The notes: generated from the sequence alone by a model not told the origin. A DNA stretch of 63,864 nucleotides, filler included, from an uncultured Methanosarcinales archaeon (GCA_964434475.1; 5 parts of 5 records of this genome joined end to end with filler, not necessarily neighbours in it); one strand, 5' to 3'; numbered from the whole stretch's first letter, positions 20,410 through 30,610 are shown. Translations and numbers: made by a program.

Positions 20410-21882
20410 ATGAAAAATAGATTTTTTTTATTTTTTACAATTTTTATCATTCTTATAAGTATTTTGACAGGCTGTGGAGGAGAATGTAAAGTTGATGCTG
20501 ACTGCGAAGCTCCTAACGCTTGCACAAAAGCGCAGTGTATTGACAAAGAATGTAAATTAACTCCAATAAAAGGCTGCACATGCGGAGATAATGAGTGTGA
20601 TGCAAGTATAAACGAGAACAAATGCACTTGCCCAGAAGATTGCGGTAAATGTGGAGCTACGAAATCTGAAAGCGTATATCTAAAAGAACAATGCTTCAAC
20701 ACTGAAACAGGGGAATTGTGCGAAGGAAGGATAGCATTAGATGATCCTTGCGAATGTTATGAAGATATTGACCAATCGCAGATTGAAACTGAAACATCTA
20801 GCATAAGTGCTAGGACTAGACAAGGAACTTTTGAAGGCACTGTAGAATACCAACAACCTTTTGACCTTAAAAGAAGCACATTTAAAATAAAAGAACTTAA
20901 GATAAAAGACTGGGATGAAGATATAGATAAAATATCCTTGAATAATATAGAAGTTTATGGAACAAGAGAAAGGACTGAAATTAAACTAGGCTCAAAAGAG
21001 ACGCAAAAGATTTTATGGGATGGCACTTCTGTAGATGAAGAAGTTATTTTAGATAATCTTTATACAGAAGAACAAGGAATGGTCGCAGCATTGCGGCTTG
21101 TTGTATACTATTCATATATTTTATCAGGTAAAGAGGAAACATCTCAGTTTGAACAAAAATTCAGGATGAGTGAGCTGGAATATATCAAACCAACAATAGA
21201 ACTAAACTGCAAAGATGAAGATTGCGATGATGATAATCCTGGAACAAAAGACTACTGTCTAAGCAGCAATACTGCTTTTTGTCTACATGAACCTTTACCT
21301 AACAAATGCGGCAACTATATATGCGATACAAAAGAAGACAAATGTACCTGTCCTAGTGACTGCGGGCCTTGTCAAGGGAATATAGGCGAGTATATGTATT
21401 ATGATTGTGTTGATAATGTATGCAACGCTTTGCTTAATCCTAAGACAGATACAGTAAAAGAGATAGAAAAAGTTGTAGAAGGAGGAGTAAGACAATATGA
21501 TACTGATCATGTATTCAAATATGATTATCCTTATGCAGATATAAGAACATCTTCAATAAAGCTTAAGTTAGTGCTTAAGGACATAACAAATGAATACGGC
21601 GGAATAAAGATAAAGAGCATAAGCGGATATGACGGAGATATAAGATGGATACATCAAAATATAGGCACAACATTAAGCACAAGGGACCAAAGCATAGATA
21701 TAGTACTTCCTCTTAAAACAATACCTATGGAAGAAAGAATAAAGAAATTGTCAAAATTGAAATTTGAAGCTGAATATGAGTATCCCACTGTAGTACGAGA
21801 CGAACCAACAACAAATGTTGGAAAATATCCTATAAGGTTGAATATAGATACTACTTTGATAAAACCAAGTGAAACAAAATGA
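20410..21882 (+). CDS. Cys-rich secreted/lipoprotein-like surface protein
   Basis: ILTGC lipobox-like signal; duplicated CG.x.C...E.KCTCPxDCG modules. Confidence 0.85.
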   Translation: MKNRFFLFFTIFIILISILTGCGGECKVDADCEAPNACTKAQCIDKECKLTPIKGCTCGDNECDASINENKCTCPEDCGKCGATKSESVYLKEQCFNTETGELCEGRIALDDPCECYEDIDQSQIETETSSISARTRQGTFEGTVEYQQPFDLKRSTFKIKELKIKDWDEDIDKISLNNIEVYGTRERTEIKLGSKETQKILWDGTSVDEEVILDNLYTEEQGMVAALRLVVYYSYILSGKEETSQFEQKFRMSELEYIKPTIELNCKDEDCDDDNPGTKDYCLSSNTAFCLHEPLPNKCGNYICDTKEDKCTCPSDCGPCQGNIGEYMYYDCVDNVCNALLNPKTDTVKEIEKVVEGGVRQYDTDHVFKYDYPYADIRTSSIKLKLVLKDITNEYGGIKIKSISGYDGDIRWIHQNIGTTLSTRDQSIDIVLPLKTIPMEERIKKLSKLKFEAEYEYPTVVRDEPTTNVGKYPIRLNIDTTLIKPSETK

Positions 21883-22478
21883 AAAATAAAAAAGGACTTG
21901 AACTATCCATTAATTTTATAGTAATAACCATTTTCTCTGTAGTCATATTATTCTTTGGAATAACATTGGCAAAAAATATGTTCTCTGAAGCGCAGGAATT
22001 TAAAGCACAAGTTGATGCAAACACGCAAAGAGAGATTGAGGCTTTATTGTCTGGAGGAGCAAGAGTTGCTATTCCTTTGAACAAAGCTGAACTGAAATCA
22101 GGAGAATCAGAAAGTTTTGGATTGGGTGTACTGAATACTTTGGGAACAAGCCCTACTTATGGTAATTACAAGTTTTTTGTCTATGTAACAGAAAGTACGA
22201 GTAATCCTTCCAGCTACTTACAAACATTGCCCAACATAGGACAACCAAGATCAATTTCTGTAGAAAATAATGAAAAGGTTACTATGCCTATAGGTGTTAA
22301 GGTTTATGGGAATGCGCCTTCTGGAACTTATATTGTTAATGTCGAGGTATGCTATGAGGATTGGGACAGGTTTGCTCCTCCTTCAGACAACTCTGAACCA
22401 GGAGATTGTAGTGCTAACCCTTATCAGATGTACTACAAATACGGCTCACCGCAAAAGATATACATCACTGTACCATGA
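21879..22478 (+). CDS. Archaeal pilin-like protein (class III signal peptide)
   Basis: KKG|LELSINFIVITIF; paralogous to 19558 ORF. Confidence 0.85.
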   Translation: MKNKKGLELSINFIVITIFSVVILFFGITLAKNMFSEAQEFKAQVDANTQREIEALLSGGARVAIPLNKAELKSGESESFGLGVLNTLGTSPTYGNYKFFVYVTESTSNPSSYLQTLPNIGQPRSISVENNEKVTMPIGVKVYGNAPSGTYIVNVEVCYEDWDRFAPPSDNSEPGDCSANPYQMYYKYGSPQKIYITVP

Positions 22479-22978
22479 AAAAAGCAAATTTATCTACTGA
22501 AACTATCGTAACTATCATATTAGCTATAGCTATGTTAGGTATAGCTTTGTTCTTTATACAAAACGAATTCTCCAAAAGCCATGAGCTTATGGGAGAACAA
22601 ATTGATCAAAGTTTCTATGAACAATCAATATCGCTTATTGATCAGAAATTTGAAAAAAATGTTGCATTAGCTTCTTCAACAACAATATTTGATACTACCA
22701 AGCCTGATAACAAAAGGTTTTGGGTCGGAGTAAAAAATTTAGAAGAAACTGAAAAAAACTATAGGATAAGCATAACAAATGTTGATTATTCAGAAACAGA
22801 TGATTTGTTTGAATATAGACAAACAGAACATAATCTAAAACCAGGAGAAAAATATTATTTTTTGGTCGAGCTTATCATACCTGAAGATGCTATTTCAAAA
22901 AATCTGAATTACGATGTACTCCTATATTGCGATAATCAGTTAATATCAAAAGAACAATTGTTTATAAACATCAAATAA
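22475..22978 (+). CDS. Archaeal pilin-like protein (class III signal peptide)
   Basis: MKKA|NLSTETIVTIILAI; FWVGVKN core motif like the paralogs. Confidence 0.8.
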   Translation: MKKANLSTETIVTIILAIAMLGIALFFIQNEFSKSHELMGEQIDQSFYEQSISLIDQKFEKNVALASSTTIFDTTKPDNKRFWVGVKNLEETEKNYRISITNVDYSETDDLFEYRQTEHNLKPGEKYYFLVELIIPEDAISKNLNYDVLLYCDNQLISKEQLFINIK

Positions 22979-22980
22979 AT

Positions 22981-23688
22981 CTATTTCTGTACAAAGAAAT
23001 TCAGCCATGTTCCGCTGTAACCATCTTTTTCAGAATATGCTTGAAGAACATTAAAACCTGCTTTTTCAACCAATGCTCTTAATTCTTCAATAGTATAGAA
23101 TGCAAACAATCTTGGCATATTTGCAGTATCTGAAAAGCTTACCATTCCCTCGCCTTTTCCTGCTCTCAAACCTATATACATTATGCCTTTTTGTTTAAGC
23201 ACACGCTTGAATTCCTTAAGCACATCCAGAACATCCTTCTTATGCAGATGGCATAAAGTAGCATGGCACCAGATAGCATCAAAACTTCCTGCTTTGAAAT
23301 CCATCTTAGCCATATCCATCTGTTCAAACTTCGCTTTCTTAACCCTTTTTTTAGCTTCCTTAATTAAATTTGCAGATAGATCTATTCCAGTAACATCAAA
23401 ATCCTCTTCCATAAGATATTCTACGTCCCTTCCTGCTGCACAACCAATATCTAATATTTTTGCTTTTTTAGGAACATAATTAGCTAGCTGCATCAATTGA
23501 AACTGTAGAATATATTGAAAAGTATAGTCACTATACTGTTTTGCCAGCTTATCATAAACCCCTATTGTCTCCTTGATCTGTTTGTATTTCAAAGACTTGA
23601 ATTCTTTTTTTAGAGTTTTTTTAGTACTTTTACTGGTCTTTTTCTTAGCTTTTTTGCTAGGTTTTTTTGATTTCTTTGATTTAGCCAT
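22981..23688 (-). CDS. Class I SAM-dependent methyltransferase with Lys-rich N-terminus
   Basis: ILDIGCAAG, GIDLS, FDAIW, RVLKQKG. Confidence 0.9.
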   Translation of the reverse strand: MAKSKKSKKPSKKAKKKTSKSTKKTLKKEFKSLKYKQIKETIGVYDKLAKQYSDYTFQYILQFQLMQLANYVPKKAKILDIGCAAGRDVEYLMEEDFDVTGIDLSANLIKEAKKRVKKAKFEQMDMAKMDFKAGSFDAIWCHATLCHLHKKDVLDVLKEFKRVLKQKGIMYIGLRAGKGEGMVSFSDTANMPRLFAFYTIEELRALVEKAGFNVLQAYSEKDGYSGTWLNFFVQK

Positions 23689-23865
23689 GAATGTGAATTA
23701 AAGATAAGTAATTACTATAGAGTAGTTTTAGTTATATATAAATCTTATGGTACATTTGCAAGTATTCTTTAAAAAGTATTATCTCATCATATTTTTTATA
23801 TATGCAATATATGTTCTATTTGCTGAAAAATTAAATAAGTATACATCTATATATATTATGGAGGG

Positions 23866-24159
23866 ATGAAAATGCCTACAAAACACGACAAATATTTATT
23901 AAACCTCTGTGACAAACTTAAATCAGATCATGATATACTTGGCACAAACATAATTCTGAGAAATGAAAAGAGAGCTTTAGCTGAAATCGATATAATAGCT
24001 TCAAAAGACAATATTATTGATATTTATGAAGTAAAATGTTCTTACAGACCACATAAAGCAAAAAAGCAGTTAAAACGTATCAAAAAACTTTTGGAACTCG
24101 AGAAATGCAGGATGTTCTTCTATTGCGGATCCAACGGATTGCTGGAAATAGTGAGTTGA
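23866..24159 (+). CDS. Small PD-(D/E)xK nuclease-fold protein (YraN-like)
   Basis: AEIDIIA...IYEVK...KAKKQL. Confidence 0.75.
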   Translation: MKMPTKHDKYLLNLCDKLKSDHDILGTNIILRNEKRALAEIDIIASKDNIIDIYEVKCSYRPHKAKKQLKRIKKLLELEKCRMFFYCGSNGLLEIVS

Positions 24160-24345
24160 TTATTTCTTGCTAAGTAAAGCATCTATGTTATCCTGACTAG
24201 GCAGTTGACTCAATTCTACAACAGCTTTTCCTGCACTATAAGCACTTCCTTGCTTATAATCCCAAACCTGATCTTGTATGTAATCTTTAACAAGAGGTAT
24301 TGATATTCCTATAGCTGCCACTGTAGGCAATGCTATATTTGTCAT
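24160..24345 (-). CDS. Small hypothetical protein
   Basis: Short ORF filling intergenic space, with own TATA-like sequence. Confidence 0.45.
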   Translation of the reverse strand: MTNIALPTVAAIGISIPLVKDYIQDQVWDYKQGSAYSAGKAVVELSQLPSQDNIDALLSKK

Positions 24346-24419
24346 AAAATTCTTTATGGATGAATCATATTTAATCATAATAAGTATAAAGCACAAGTTA
24401 CTTATAAAGTTTATTGATT

Positions 24420-25016
24420 TTAGTAACTAGTTAGTAAGTACACTTTGGAAACAACAATCATCATCGTACCAGCCAAAGCCAAACTAAAGAAATATACTAA
24501 CTTATTCCATCTATATACTTTAATACCATCAAAAATAGGCAAGGGCAATAGGTTAAACAATCCTAAAAAAGTGTTGATCAAAGCTCCGTATATAGATATA
24601 ATATTAGGATAGATAAAATGTGTTGTCAAGAACAATAATGCCAACACCAAATTAGACATAGGCCCTGCTAAACTCACTATGCCATTCTGCTTCTTTGTCA
24701 ATCTTCCCACTATCATAACAGCTCCAGGAGCTGCAAATATAAAACCAAAAAAAGCCATCACAATAGCGATCAACAACATTTGGTCATTAGCTCTAAACTC
24801 TGCTATACAATGATATTTCTGAGCAAAATATTTATGTGCAATCTCATGAACCAGAAAACCGATACCTACAGTAAACATAGAAACTACGAACATCATCAAA
24901 AAATCAAGAGAACTTATACCGCCGGACAATACAATAGCAAAAGCCACAGAAATCGCAACCCAAGCCTTGAGTAGATGCTCTTTCTCAATTCTCGAGAATC
25001 TCAGAATTTTTTTCAT
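24420..25016 (-). CDS. Site-2 protease family (M50) metalloprotease
   Basis: HEIAH, AGPMSN, FNLLPLPIFDG. Confidence 0.92.
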   Translation of the reverse strand: MKKILRFSRIEKEHLLKAWVAISVAFAIVLSGGISSLDFLMMFVVSMFTVGIGFLVHEIAHKYFAQKYHCIAEFRANDQMLLIAIVMAFFGFIFAAPGAVMIVGRLTKKQNGIVSLAGPMSNLVLALLFLTTHFIYPNIISIYGALINTFLGLFNLLPLPIFDGIKVYRWNKLVYFFSLALAGTMMIVVSKVYLLTSY

Positions 25017-25188
25017 TTTTCTTGACTTTTTCCTTTAGGTATTCTTTGAGCTTCTGCGCATCTTCTTCTAGTTTCTGCAGATAGCTCAAATCACCGAACA
25101 ATTCCTGGCTGCATTCCTTGCAATAATACTCATTAGAGCATTTTATGCAGTATTCTGCTTCCTCTCCGCAAATTATACATCTTTTCAT
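24985..25188 (-). CDS. Small zinc-finger protein
   Basis: CIIC...YCIKC...YCKEC. Confidence 0.75.
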   Translation of the reverse strand: MKRCIICGEEAEYCIKCSNEYYCKECSQELFGDLSYLQKLEEDAQKLKEYLKEKVKKNEKNSEILEN

Positions 25189-25198
25189 TAAGCAAAAC

Positions 25199-25753
25199 CT
25201 AATCGCAAAAAATCTTATGCTTCTCCTTACCTGAAATCTCAGACAATATCCTTTTTATTATCGCTTTCTTAGGGTCAGGCATTAACTTTACTCTGGTTTT
25301 AATATTATCAAAACTTTCAAAAGGCTTATCCTTTCTTGCGTCAATTATCTCCCACATATGTTTTTTACCTAATCCCGGCAATAATTCAAGTTGATGCATA
25401 CGAGTGGTTAAAGGTTGTGCTTTATTGAAGAACTCTACAAATCTCTCTTCATTCTTATCTACAATTTCTTTTACTACAAATTCCAACTCATTCTTAGCTG
25501 TCTGAGTCAATCTATCCATATTTAATCTTCCTGAAATATGATGTATCCTTTCTCTTTTTCCTTCACCAATATAAACTTCTTCATAAGGCTGGAGAAAAAC
25601 ATCTTTTTTAGGTACAAGTTCAAGCAGGACAAACCTTGTCTTGCCTATAGCTTGCACTATAGCGGTTTTCTTATGCATCGGCCTTTCATCAAAAGGATAG
25701 CCATTAGGCAAAAAATCCAAAACTACAGCATATTCTTCTTTTGTTTTTTCCAT
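25199..25753 (-). CDS. DUF655 RNA-binding protein
   Basis: VVLDFL, TTRMHQLELLPGLGKKHMW; conserved rpl21e-rpo4-DUF655 order. Confidence 0.93.
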   Translation of the reverse strand: MEKTKEEYAVVLDFLPNGYPFDERPMHKKTAIVQAIGKTRFVLLELVPKKDVFLQPYEEVYIGEGKRERIHHISGRLNMDRLTQTAKNELEFVVKEIVDKNEERFVEFFNKAQPLTTRMHQLELLPGLGKKHMWEIIDARKDKPFESFDNIKTRVKLMPDPKKAIIKRILSEISGKEKHKIFCD

Positions 25754-25754
25754 T

Positions 25755-26093
25755 TTATTCGTTTACCACATTAATTATTTTCTTCATATGATCCTGTGTC
25801 AAAGTTATTACAAATCCTTGGAGCACTATTTTCAGATCATCTACTGATCTTGGCATAAGATCAAGAATCTTGATTATATGATCTTCTTTTAATCTACTTA
25901 TGCCCAAATCTTCAAGTTTTTTCTTAAGTTCATCCTGTTTTTTTTTGCTTTCATCAATAACGTTATTAAGATATTCTTCGGTCTTATTAGCCCGAAAATT
26001 AAGCTCTCCGTCCCTTTTCTTGATTATTTCAAGTTCTTTCTTAAGATTGGACATTGTTATTGGTTTTTCGTTTATTATCTCAGGTTTTACCAT
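25755..26093 (-). CDS. rpo4: RNA polymerase subunit Rpo4 (F)
   Basis: ELNFRANKTEEYL, KILDLMPRSVDDLK; gene order. Confidence 0.88.
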   Translation of the reverse strand: MVKPEIINEKPITMSNLKKELEIIKKRDGELNFRANKTEEYLNNVIDESKKKQDELKKKLEDLGISRLKEDHIIKILDLMPRSVDDLKIVLQGFVITLTQDHMKKIINVVNE

Positions 26094-26094
26094 T

Positions 26095-26385
26095 TTAAGA
26101 CCTCTTAAGATGTACAGGATGCACAATCAATTCTTTTCTCTTTCTGCCATCCATAATATCAACAGTATAACATCTTCCTTTCATAGATTTCACTATTGCT
26201 GGTTTGCCGTGAAACCTCGGATGATACATACCTTTTTGAACTGCAGGTTCTGCGCAAAGTATAACCTTATCTCCTTTATTGAACTTTTGGAAATATCTTG
26301 TTATACTTATCTTTCCTTTATTCCTTATTGCTTTTTTTAGCTTATTCCTTGTTTTTCTTCTTATTCCGCCTATTCTTTGTACCAT
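26095..26385 (-). CDS. rpl21e: 50S ribosomal protein eL21
   Basis: RRKTR, GMYHPRFHGK, IVHPVHL. Confidence 0.97.
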   Translation of the reverse strand: MVQRIGGIRRKTRNKLKKAIRNKGKISITRYFQKFNKGDKVILCAEPAVQKGMYHPRFHGKPAIVKSMKGRCYTVDIMDGRKRKELIVHPVHLKRS

Positions 26386-26470
26386 ATTAATACCCTCTAT
26401 AACTTATAAATATGACTAATAAGACAATGGAAAATCTACCAATATAAAAAGCTTTTGTTTAGAATTAAAA

Positions 26471-26521
26471 TGTGAAATTCGATAATTCTGCAAAATTTAT
26501 TTGATCAAGTTGGTTTATAAA
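26471..26521 (+). mobile_element. IS-like element A terminus, copy 2
   Basis: 51-nt exact repeat at contig end beginning TGTGAAATTCGATAATT. Confidence 0.85.
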
Positions 26522-26621
26522 NNNNNNNNNNNNNNNNNNNNNNNNNNNNNNNNNNNNNNNNNNNNTTAATTAATTAANNNNNNNNNNNNNNNNNNNNNNN
26601 NNNNNNNNNNNNNNNNNNNNN
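26522..26621. other. Assembly spacer
   Basis: N run with TTAATTAATTAA. Confidence 0.99.
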
Positions 26622-26670
26622 TTCAACTACCTAATTTTTTCGGTTTTTAGAAAAATCTGCACAACTCCAG
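26622..26670 (-). mobile_element. IS-like element B terminus (end X), copy 1
   Basis: Reverse complement CTGGAGTTGTGCAGATTTTTCTAAAAACCG..., identical to 51533-51581. Confidence 0.85.
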
Positions 26671-26697
26671 TTAAATATTAAGTAAAAAAAATAAAAA

Positions 26698-26913
26698 TTA
26701 TTCTTTTGTCTCTTCTGACCTTTTAGGCAATGGTCTTATTACGCTTAAAGGTATCAGATCCTTTTCCATCTCGAGTTTAGCTATTTCGACAGGATTGTAG
26801 TTTATTTTTTCCAGTTCTTCTTCATCAAGCTTTAATAAAAACGGTGCTCCCATAGCTATTTGCAATGATCTTGAACCTAAAATCCTTGCTTTTTCGAATT
26901 TAGTGTATTTCAT
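26698..26913 (-). CDS. rpoK: RNA polymerase subunit Rpo6 (K)
   Basis: YTKFEKARILGSRSLQIAMGAP. Confidence 0.96.
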   Translation of the reverse strand: MKYTKFEKARILGSRSLQIAMGAPFLLKLDEEELEKINYNPVEIAKLEMEKDLIPLSVIRPLPKRSEETKE

Positions 26914-26922
26914 CTTAATACC

Positions 26923-27687
26923 TCAAAGATATTTTCTGAGTTCATTTGTTTTTTCGATTGCAATCTTGACCATCTCTTCTGTGTCTTTGTCGCTTAGAGG
27001 TTCATCTCCTCCTTTCTGTAGAGCACATATTTTATTGTTCTCTAATGTAACTACTGTTAATCTTGCATCGTATGCTTTCTCTTCTTCTGTCAAAGGGTCC
27101 ACTATATACTTATTTCCTATTTTTATCACAGTACATGATAGCGGAATATGTTCTAATGGCAGACCTTTATCTGTCTTTTTTTTGTAGTTGACTGTATCAT
27201 CTTCTAATTCAGGAAATTTTGCGTCTTTGAGTGCTGCCATAGCAGCAAGTGCGCCTGCATCAAAAAGATTTCCTTCGTCATTTATAGGGCATATATCTAT
27301 TAAAACTCCCCACACTTTTTCTTTAGGTGTTATGCATAGTTTCTGCACGTCAACAGACTGGCTTTCTCTTATCCCTCTGTCTATCACTCTTGAAATTTCT
27401 ATGGCTTGGATTGAAGGCGGTCCAGGTTCAAATTCTGGATTGGATAAAGGCAGTAACTCTGAGTTGACCATCAATGTACCTTGATTAGGTGTATCTGGGT
27501 ATGGTGTGTTAAGCTCCATCTTTACTCCTGCGATCACTTTGGTTCTTCCTATAGTGACCATGGCTGAGCCTTCTGCTGTTTCTGAAACTCCGTATTCTAT
27601 AGATATAGGTTTTCTATATTCTTGTAGTTTTCTTCCGTCAAATCTTATATCTTTATTGATTAGTTTGCGAATATATTCTTTGCTCAT
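26923..27687 (-). CDS. rrp42: Exosome subunit Rrp42
   Basis: RFDGR, FEPGPP, EISRVIDRGIRES. Confidence 0.96.
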   Translation of the reverse strand: MSKEYIRKLINKDIRFDGRKLQEYRKPISIEYGVSETAEGSAMVTIGRTKVIAGVKMELNTPYPDTPNQGTLMVNSELLPLSNPEFEPGPPSIQAIEISRVIDRGIRESQSVDVQKLCITPKEKVWGVLIDICPINDEGNLFDAGALAAMAALKDAKFPELEDDTVNYKKKTDKGLPLEHIPLSCTVIKIGNKYIVDPLTEEEKAYDARLTVVTLENNKICALQKGGDEPLSDKDTEEMVKIAIEKTNELRKYL

Positions 27688-28394
27688 TGTTCTCCCTCAT
27701 ATTTTTCTTTTAATGCTTTTTTTTGCAGTTCATATATCTCTTTGCTTGCTTTTTTTGCTGCTTTTATAGCTTCTTGTAATTGTTCAGGTTCTATTATGCC
27801 GTCCATCTGCAGTAATGTTATTTTTTCAGATTGAGGCATCATAGCAACAGGTATGTCTGCTACTCCTCCTTCACACTCATAGGCTTCTTCAGCATAATCA
27901 AGATCAACAACTATCTTGTCGTCAACTTTTCCTACTGCAACTGCAGATATCAATTCTTTCATCATGAATCCTGCGTCTGCTAAAGCCAATGACGCTGCAC
28001 ATATTCCTGCACATCTGCTTCCTGCATCTGTTTGAGGAAGTTCTATAAAGACATCAACTACAGAATTAGGATAATCGCTCAGATCAAGTACTGGCAGCAG
28101 AGCTTTTTCTGTAACCATCGATATCTCTTTCGCTCTTCTGTTTGAGCCGGGTCTTACTCTGTTTCCCATCCCTGAAAAAGGCATCATGTTATAGCTGCAT
28201 CTTAATACCCCTGTTGTAGGATCCTGCTTGAATCTAGGGTGAAGGTTTTTAGGGCCGTATACTGCAGCATATGCTGTTGTTTTTCCTATCTTAAAAAAAG
28301 CGGATCCGTCAGCATTTTTTATAACTCCTACTTTTGCTTCTGTTTTTCTTATCTCGTCAAATTTTCTTCCGTCTAATCTTTTATCATAACTCAT
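27684..28394 (-). CDS. rrp41: Exosome subunit Rrp41
   Basis: RLDGR, ADGSA, AVYGP, DAGSRCA, LLQMDG. Confidence 0.96.
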   Translation of the reverse strand: MSYDKRLDGRKFDEIRKTEAKVGVIKNADGSAFFKIGKTTAYAAVYGPKNLHPRFKQDPTTGVLRCSYNMMPFSGMGNRVRPGSNRRAKEISMVTEKALLPVLDLSDYPNSVVDVFIELPQTDAGSRCAGICAASLALADAGFMMKELISAVAVGKVDDKIVVDLDYAEEAYECEGGVADIPVAMMPQSEKITLLQMDGIIEPEQLQEAIKAAKKASKEIYELQKKALKEKYEGEQ

Positions 28395-29113
28395 TGGACA
28401 TCACCTTTTGGAGTTTCTATTTTTGTTCCTGTTTGCTTCTCAAGAAATTCTTTTACCGTATCGGTCAATCCGCTGATATGGGCTTTTTTCTCGATCATCT
28501 CTATGGCTTTTACTGCTTCAAGTTCAAGTTTAGGATTATCTCCTTTAAGCCATACTATGCCGTTCTGCCCTACTTGTATCTTGCATCCTGTAGCTTGTTT
28601 AATCATACTTACCATTGAACCTTTCTTTCCAATAATTCTTGGAACTTTGGATGGCGTAACTTTAATTATTCTTCCCTCGATAAGTTTTCTTAATCCTGGG
28701 CCTTTAGTCGACAAGTCAATCATCTTTTGCGAAGTGACATTAACTATCTTAGTGACTATAAAATCCCCTATTTGGAATATTTGGGTAAGATCCGCGCCTC
28801 TTTGGATAAATTCAGAAGTTGCATCTTTAATGTTTAACATAGCAGAATATGCTGAATTAGTTTCTACTCTCCATCCTGAGAATGCTATATCTGTTATCTG
28901 TCCTATTATTACGTCATTTTTTTTCGGGTTATATTTCCCTGCCAACGGTATAAGCTTGATAGCTCTTCCGTCGATATATGTCAATCCTACTCTTGAGGCA
29001 AAAATATTTTCGCCTTCTCTGTATGTTCCTGTGCCTGGCAGATAATCCATGCCTTTGGCTAATGTCTCTCCAGGAACAACGATTTGTTTTTCCTTTATTA
29101 ATATTTCACTCAT
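28391..29113 (-). CDS. rrp4: Exosome RNA-binding subunit Rrp4
   Basis: VVPGE, S1 domain, KH PRIIGKKGSM, GQNG. Confidence 0.96.
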   Translation of the reverse strand: MSEILIKEKQIVVPGETLAKGMDYLPGTGTYREGENIFASRVGLTYIDGRAIKLIPLAGKYNPKKNDVIIGQITDIAFSGWRVETNSAYSAMLNIKDATSEFIQRGADLTQIFQIGDFIVTKIVNVTSQKMIDLSTKGPGLRKLIEGRIIKVTPSKVPRIIGKKGSMVSMIKQATGCKIQVGQNGIVWLKGDNPKLELEAVKAIEMIEKKAHISGLTDTVKEFLEKQTGTKIETPKGDVQ

Positions 29114-29124
29114 TATTTTTCACC

Positions 29125-29847
29125 TTATAAAATTTTAGTGTTGATCGTTCCATGTGTTGCTGAGTTCAGTTTGTCGAAGAAGTCTTCACTTAATCCTGCG
29201 GGCAGTTTTACTACTGCAACAAGATTTCCTTCATCGTCCCAATCCTGCCTTTCTACTTTTGCCATACTTTTTATGGTGTTCATGCATTGTTTTGCATAAT
29301 TGTTTTTTATCTCAAGTTCAAATCTCTTTGTGTCGAATTTGATAGGTATGATTGGTTTTAGTTTAGACATGATCTCGTCTATCTGCTCTTCTGCTGCTTT
29401 GAACTCATCTATTTTCACTTTTGCTTCTTCCATGGCAGCTTCTATTCTTTGCATAGGATGTGGAAGACCTGTTTTAGGATCTATAGCATTTATGTGGATA
29501 AGACTTATTATTTTTTTTCTTTTCACTTCTCTTATCTCATTCCTTTGCTCTGTAGTTAGCTGCATCTCTCCCTGTTTAAGTATTATTTTTGCGATTTCAA
29601 ATACGTCTTCTGTATCGAACAATTCTTTCATCTTTTCTTCAGAAGCTAGCATGCCGTTTTTAGCGTCTGAAAATATCTTTCCTGCTTTTAGAACATCTTT
29701 TATATTGACATCCTTACCTTTTTTGAAATCCATCGCCAATTCTGGTTCTATGTCTATTTCAAATACTTCTCCGCCTTTCTTGAATCTTGCTAAATTAAGG
29801 TGTCTGTATTTTTTTTGGTTCTTGTCGAATATGTTCTCTTTATGCAT
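29125..29847 (-). CDS. Ribosome maturation protein SBDS/Sdo1
   Basis: FEI, QLTTEQR, AIDPKTGLPHPMQRIEAAMEEA. Confidence 0.95.
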   Translation of the reverse strand: MHKENIFDKNQKKYRHLNLARFKKGGEVFEIDIEPELAMDFKKGKDVNIKDVLKAGKIFSDAKNGMLASEEKMKELFDTEDVFEIAKIILKQGEMQLTTEQRNEIREVKRKKIISLIHINAIDPKTGLPHPMQRIEAAMEEAKVKIDEFKAAEEQIDEIMSKLKPIIPIKFDTKRFELEIKNNYAKQCMNTIKSMAKVERQDWDDEGNLVAVVKLPAGLSEDFFDKLNSATHGTINTKIL

Positions 29848-29858
29848 GTTGGTTCACC

Positions 29859-30596
29859 TTATTTCTTGCTTTTTTTGATTTCACTAAGGATTTTGTCAAT
29901 CTTGTTTTTTGATAATTTTTTGTATTTCTTTCCTTTGGTCATTATTTGAGCAACATCAAGCCTATCTGCGTTGAAATTCTTGTCAAGAACCTTGATAAGT
30001 GCTTTTATCGCAATCTTTATGCCTTCTTCTGTGTTTATTTCAGGTTTGTATTCCTTATGCAGTATTTCTTCTACTTCTATTTCGCCTTCTCCTATTACTG
30101 CTGCCCTGTATTGAAAATAGATTCCTGTTGGATCTGTCTCGAATAGTTTTGGACCTTCATTATCTATGCCTGCTACTAATACAGAAACTCCGAATGGTCT
30201 AAGTCCTGCTGATTGTGTACATATTTGTTTAAGATTGCATATGTCCTTTACTATAGACAATGTATCTATGGGGCTGTCATATGTAACTCTGTGCTGCTGG
30301 GCTTTTATCTGCGATCTTTCTATAAGTACTCTTGCATCTGATATTATCCCTGATGCTGTGGCGCCTATGTGTTCGTCGATCTGCCATATTTTTTCTATAG
30401 ATTCAGAAACTACAAAACTATCTACTATTCTTTTATCTGTTATTAAAGCTACGCCGTCTTTACAAACTATTCCTATAGCTGTACTTCCTTGTCTTACTGT
30501 TTTTTTTGCGTATTCAACTTGTAATAATCTTCCGTCAGGGCTGAACATTGTGATTGCCCTATCATATCCCATCATTTGATGACTCATCGGCTGCAT
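29859..30596 (-). CDS. psmA: Proteasome subunit alpha
   Basis: GYDRAITMFSPDGRLLQVEYA, RPFGVS. Confidence 0.98.
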   Translation of the reverse strand: MQPMSHQMMGYDRAITMFSPDGRLLQVEYAKKTVRQGSTAIGIVCKDGVALITDKRIVDSFVVSESIEKIWQIDEHIGATASGIISDARVLIERSQIKAQQHRVTYDSPIDTLSIVKDICNLKQICTQSAGLRPFGVSVLVAGIDNEGPKLFETDPTGIYFQYRAAVIGEGEIEVEEILHKEYKPEINTEEGIKIAIKALIKVLDKNFNADRLDVAQIMTKGKKYKKLSKNKIDKILSEIKKSKK

Positions 30597-30610
30597 TTTT
30601 AAACCTCCTT

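Noticed and set aside
29300..29878. Long antisense ORFs over core genes (e.g. 29300+, 28503+, 49775+, 25900+)
   Set aside because: Shadow frames of well-supported genes on the opposite strand
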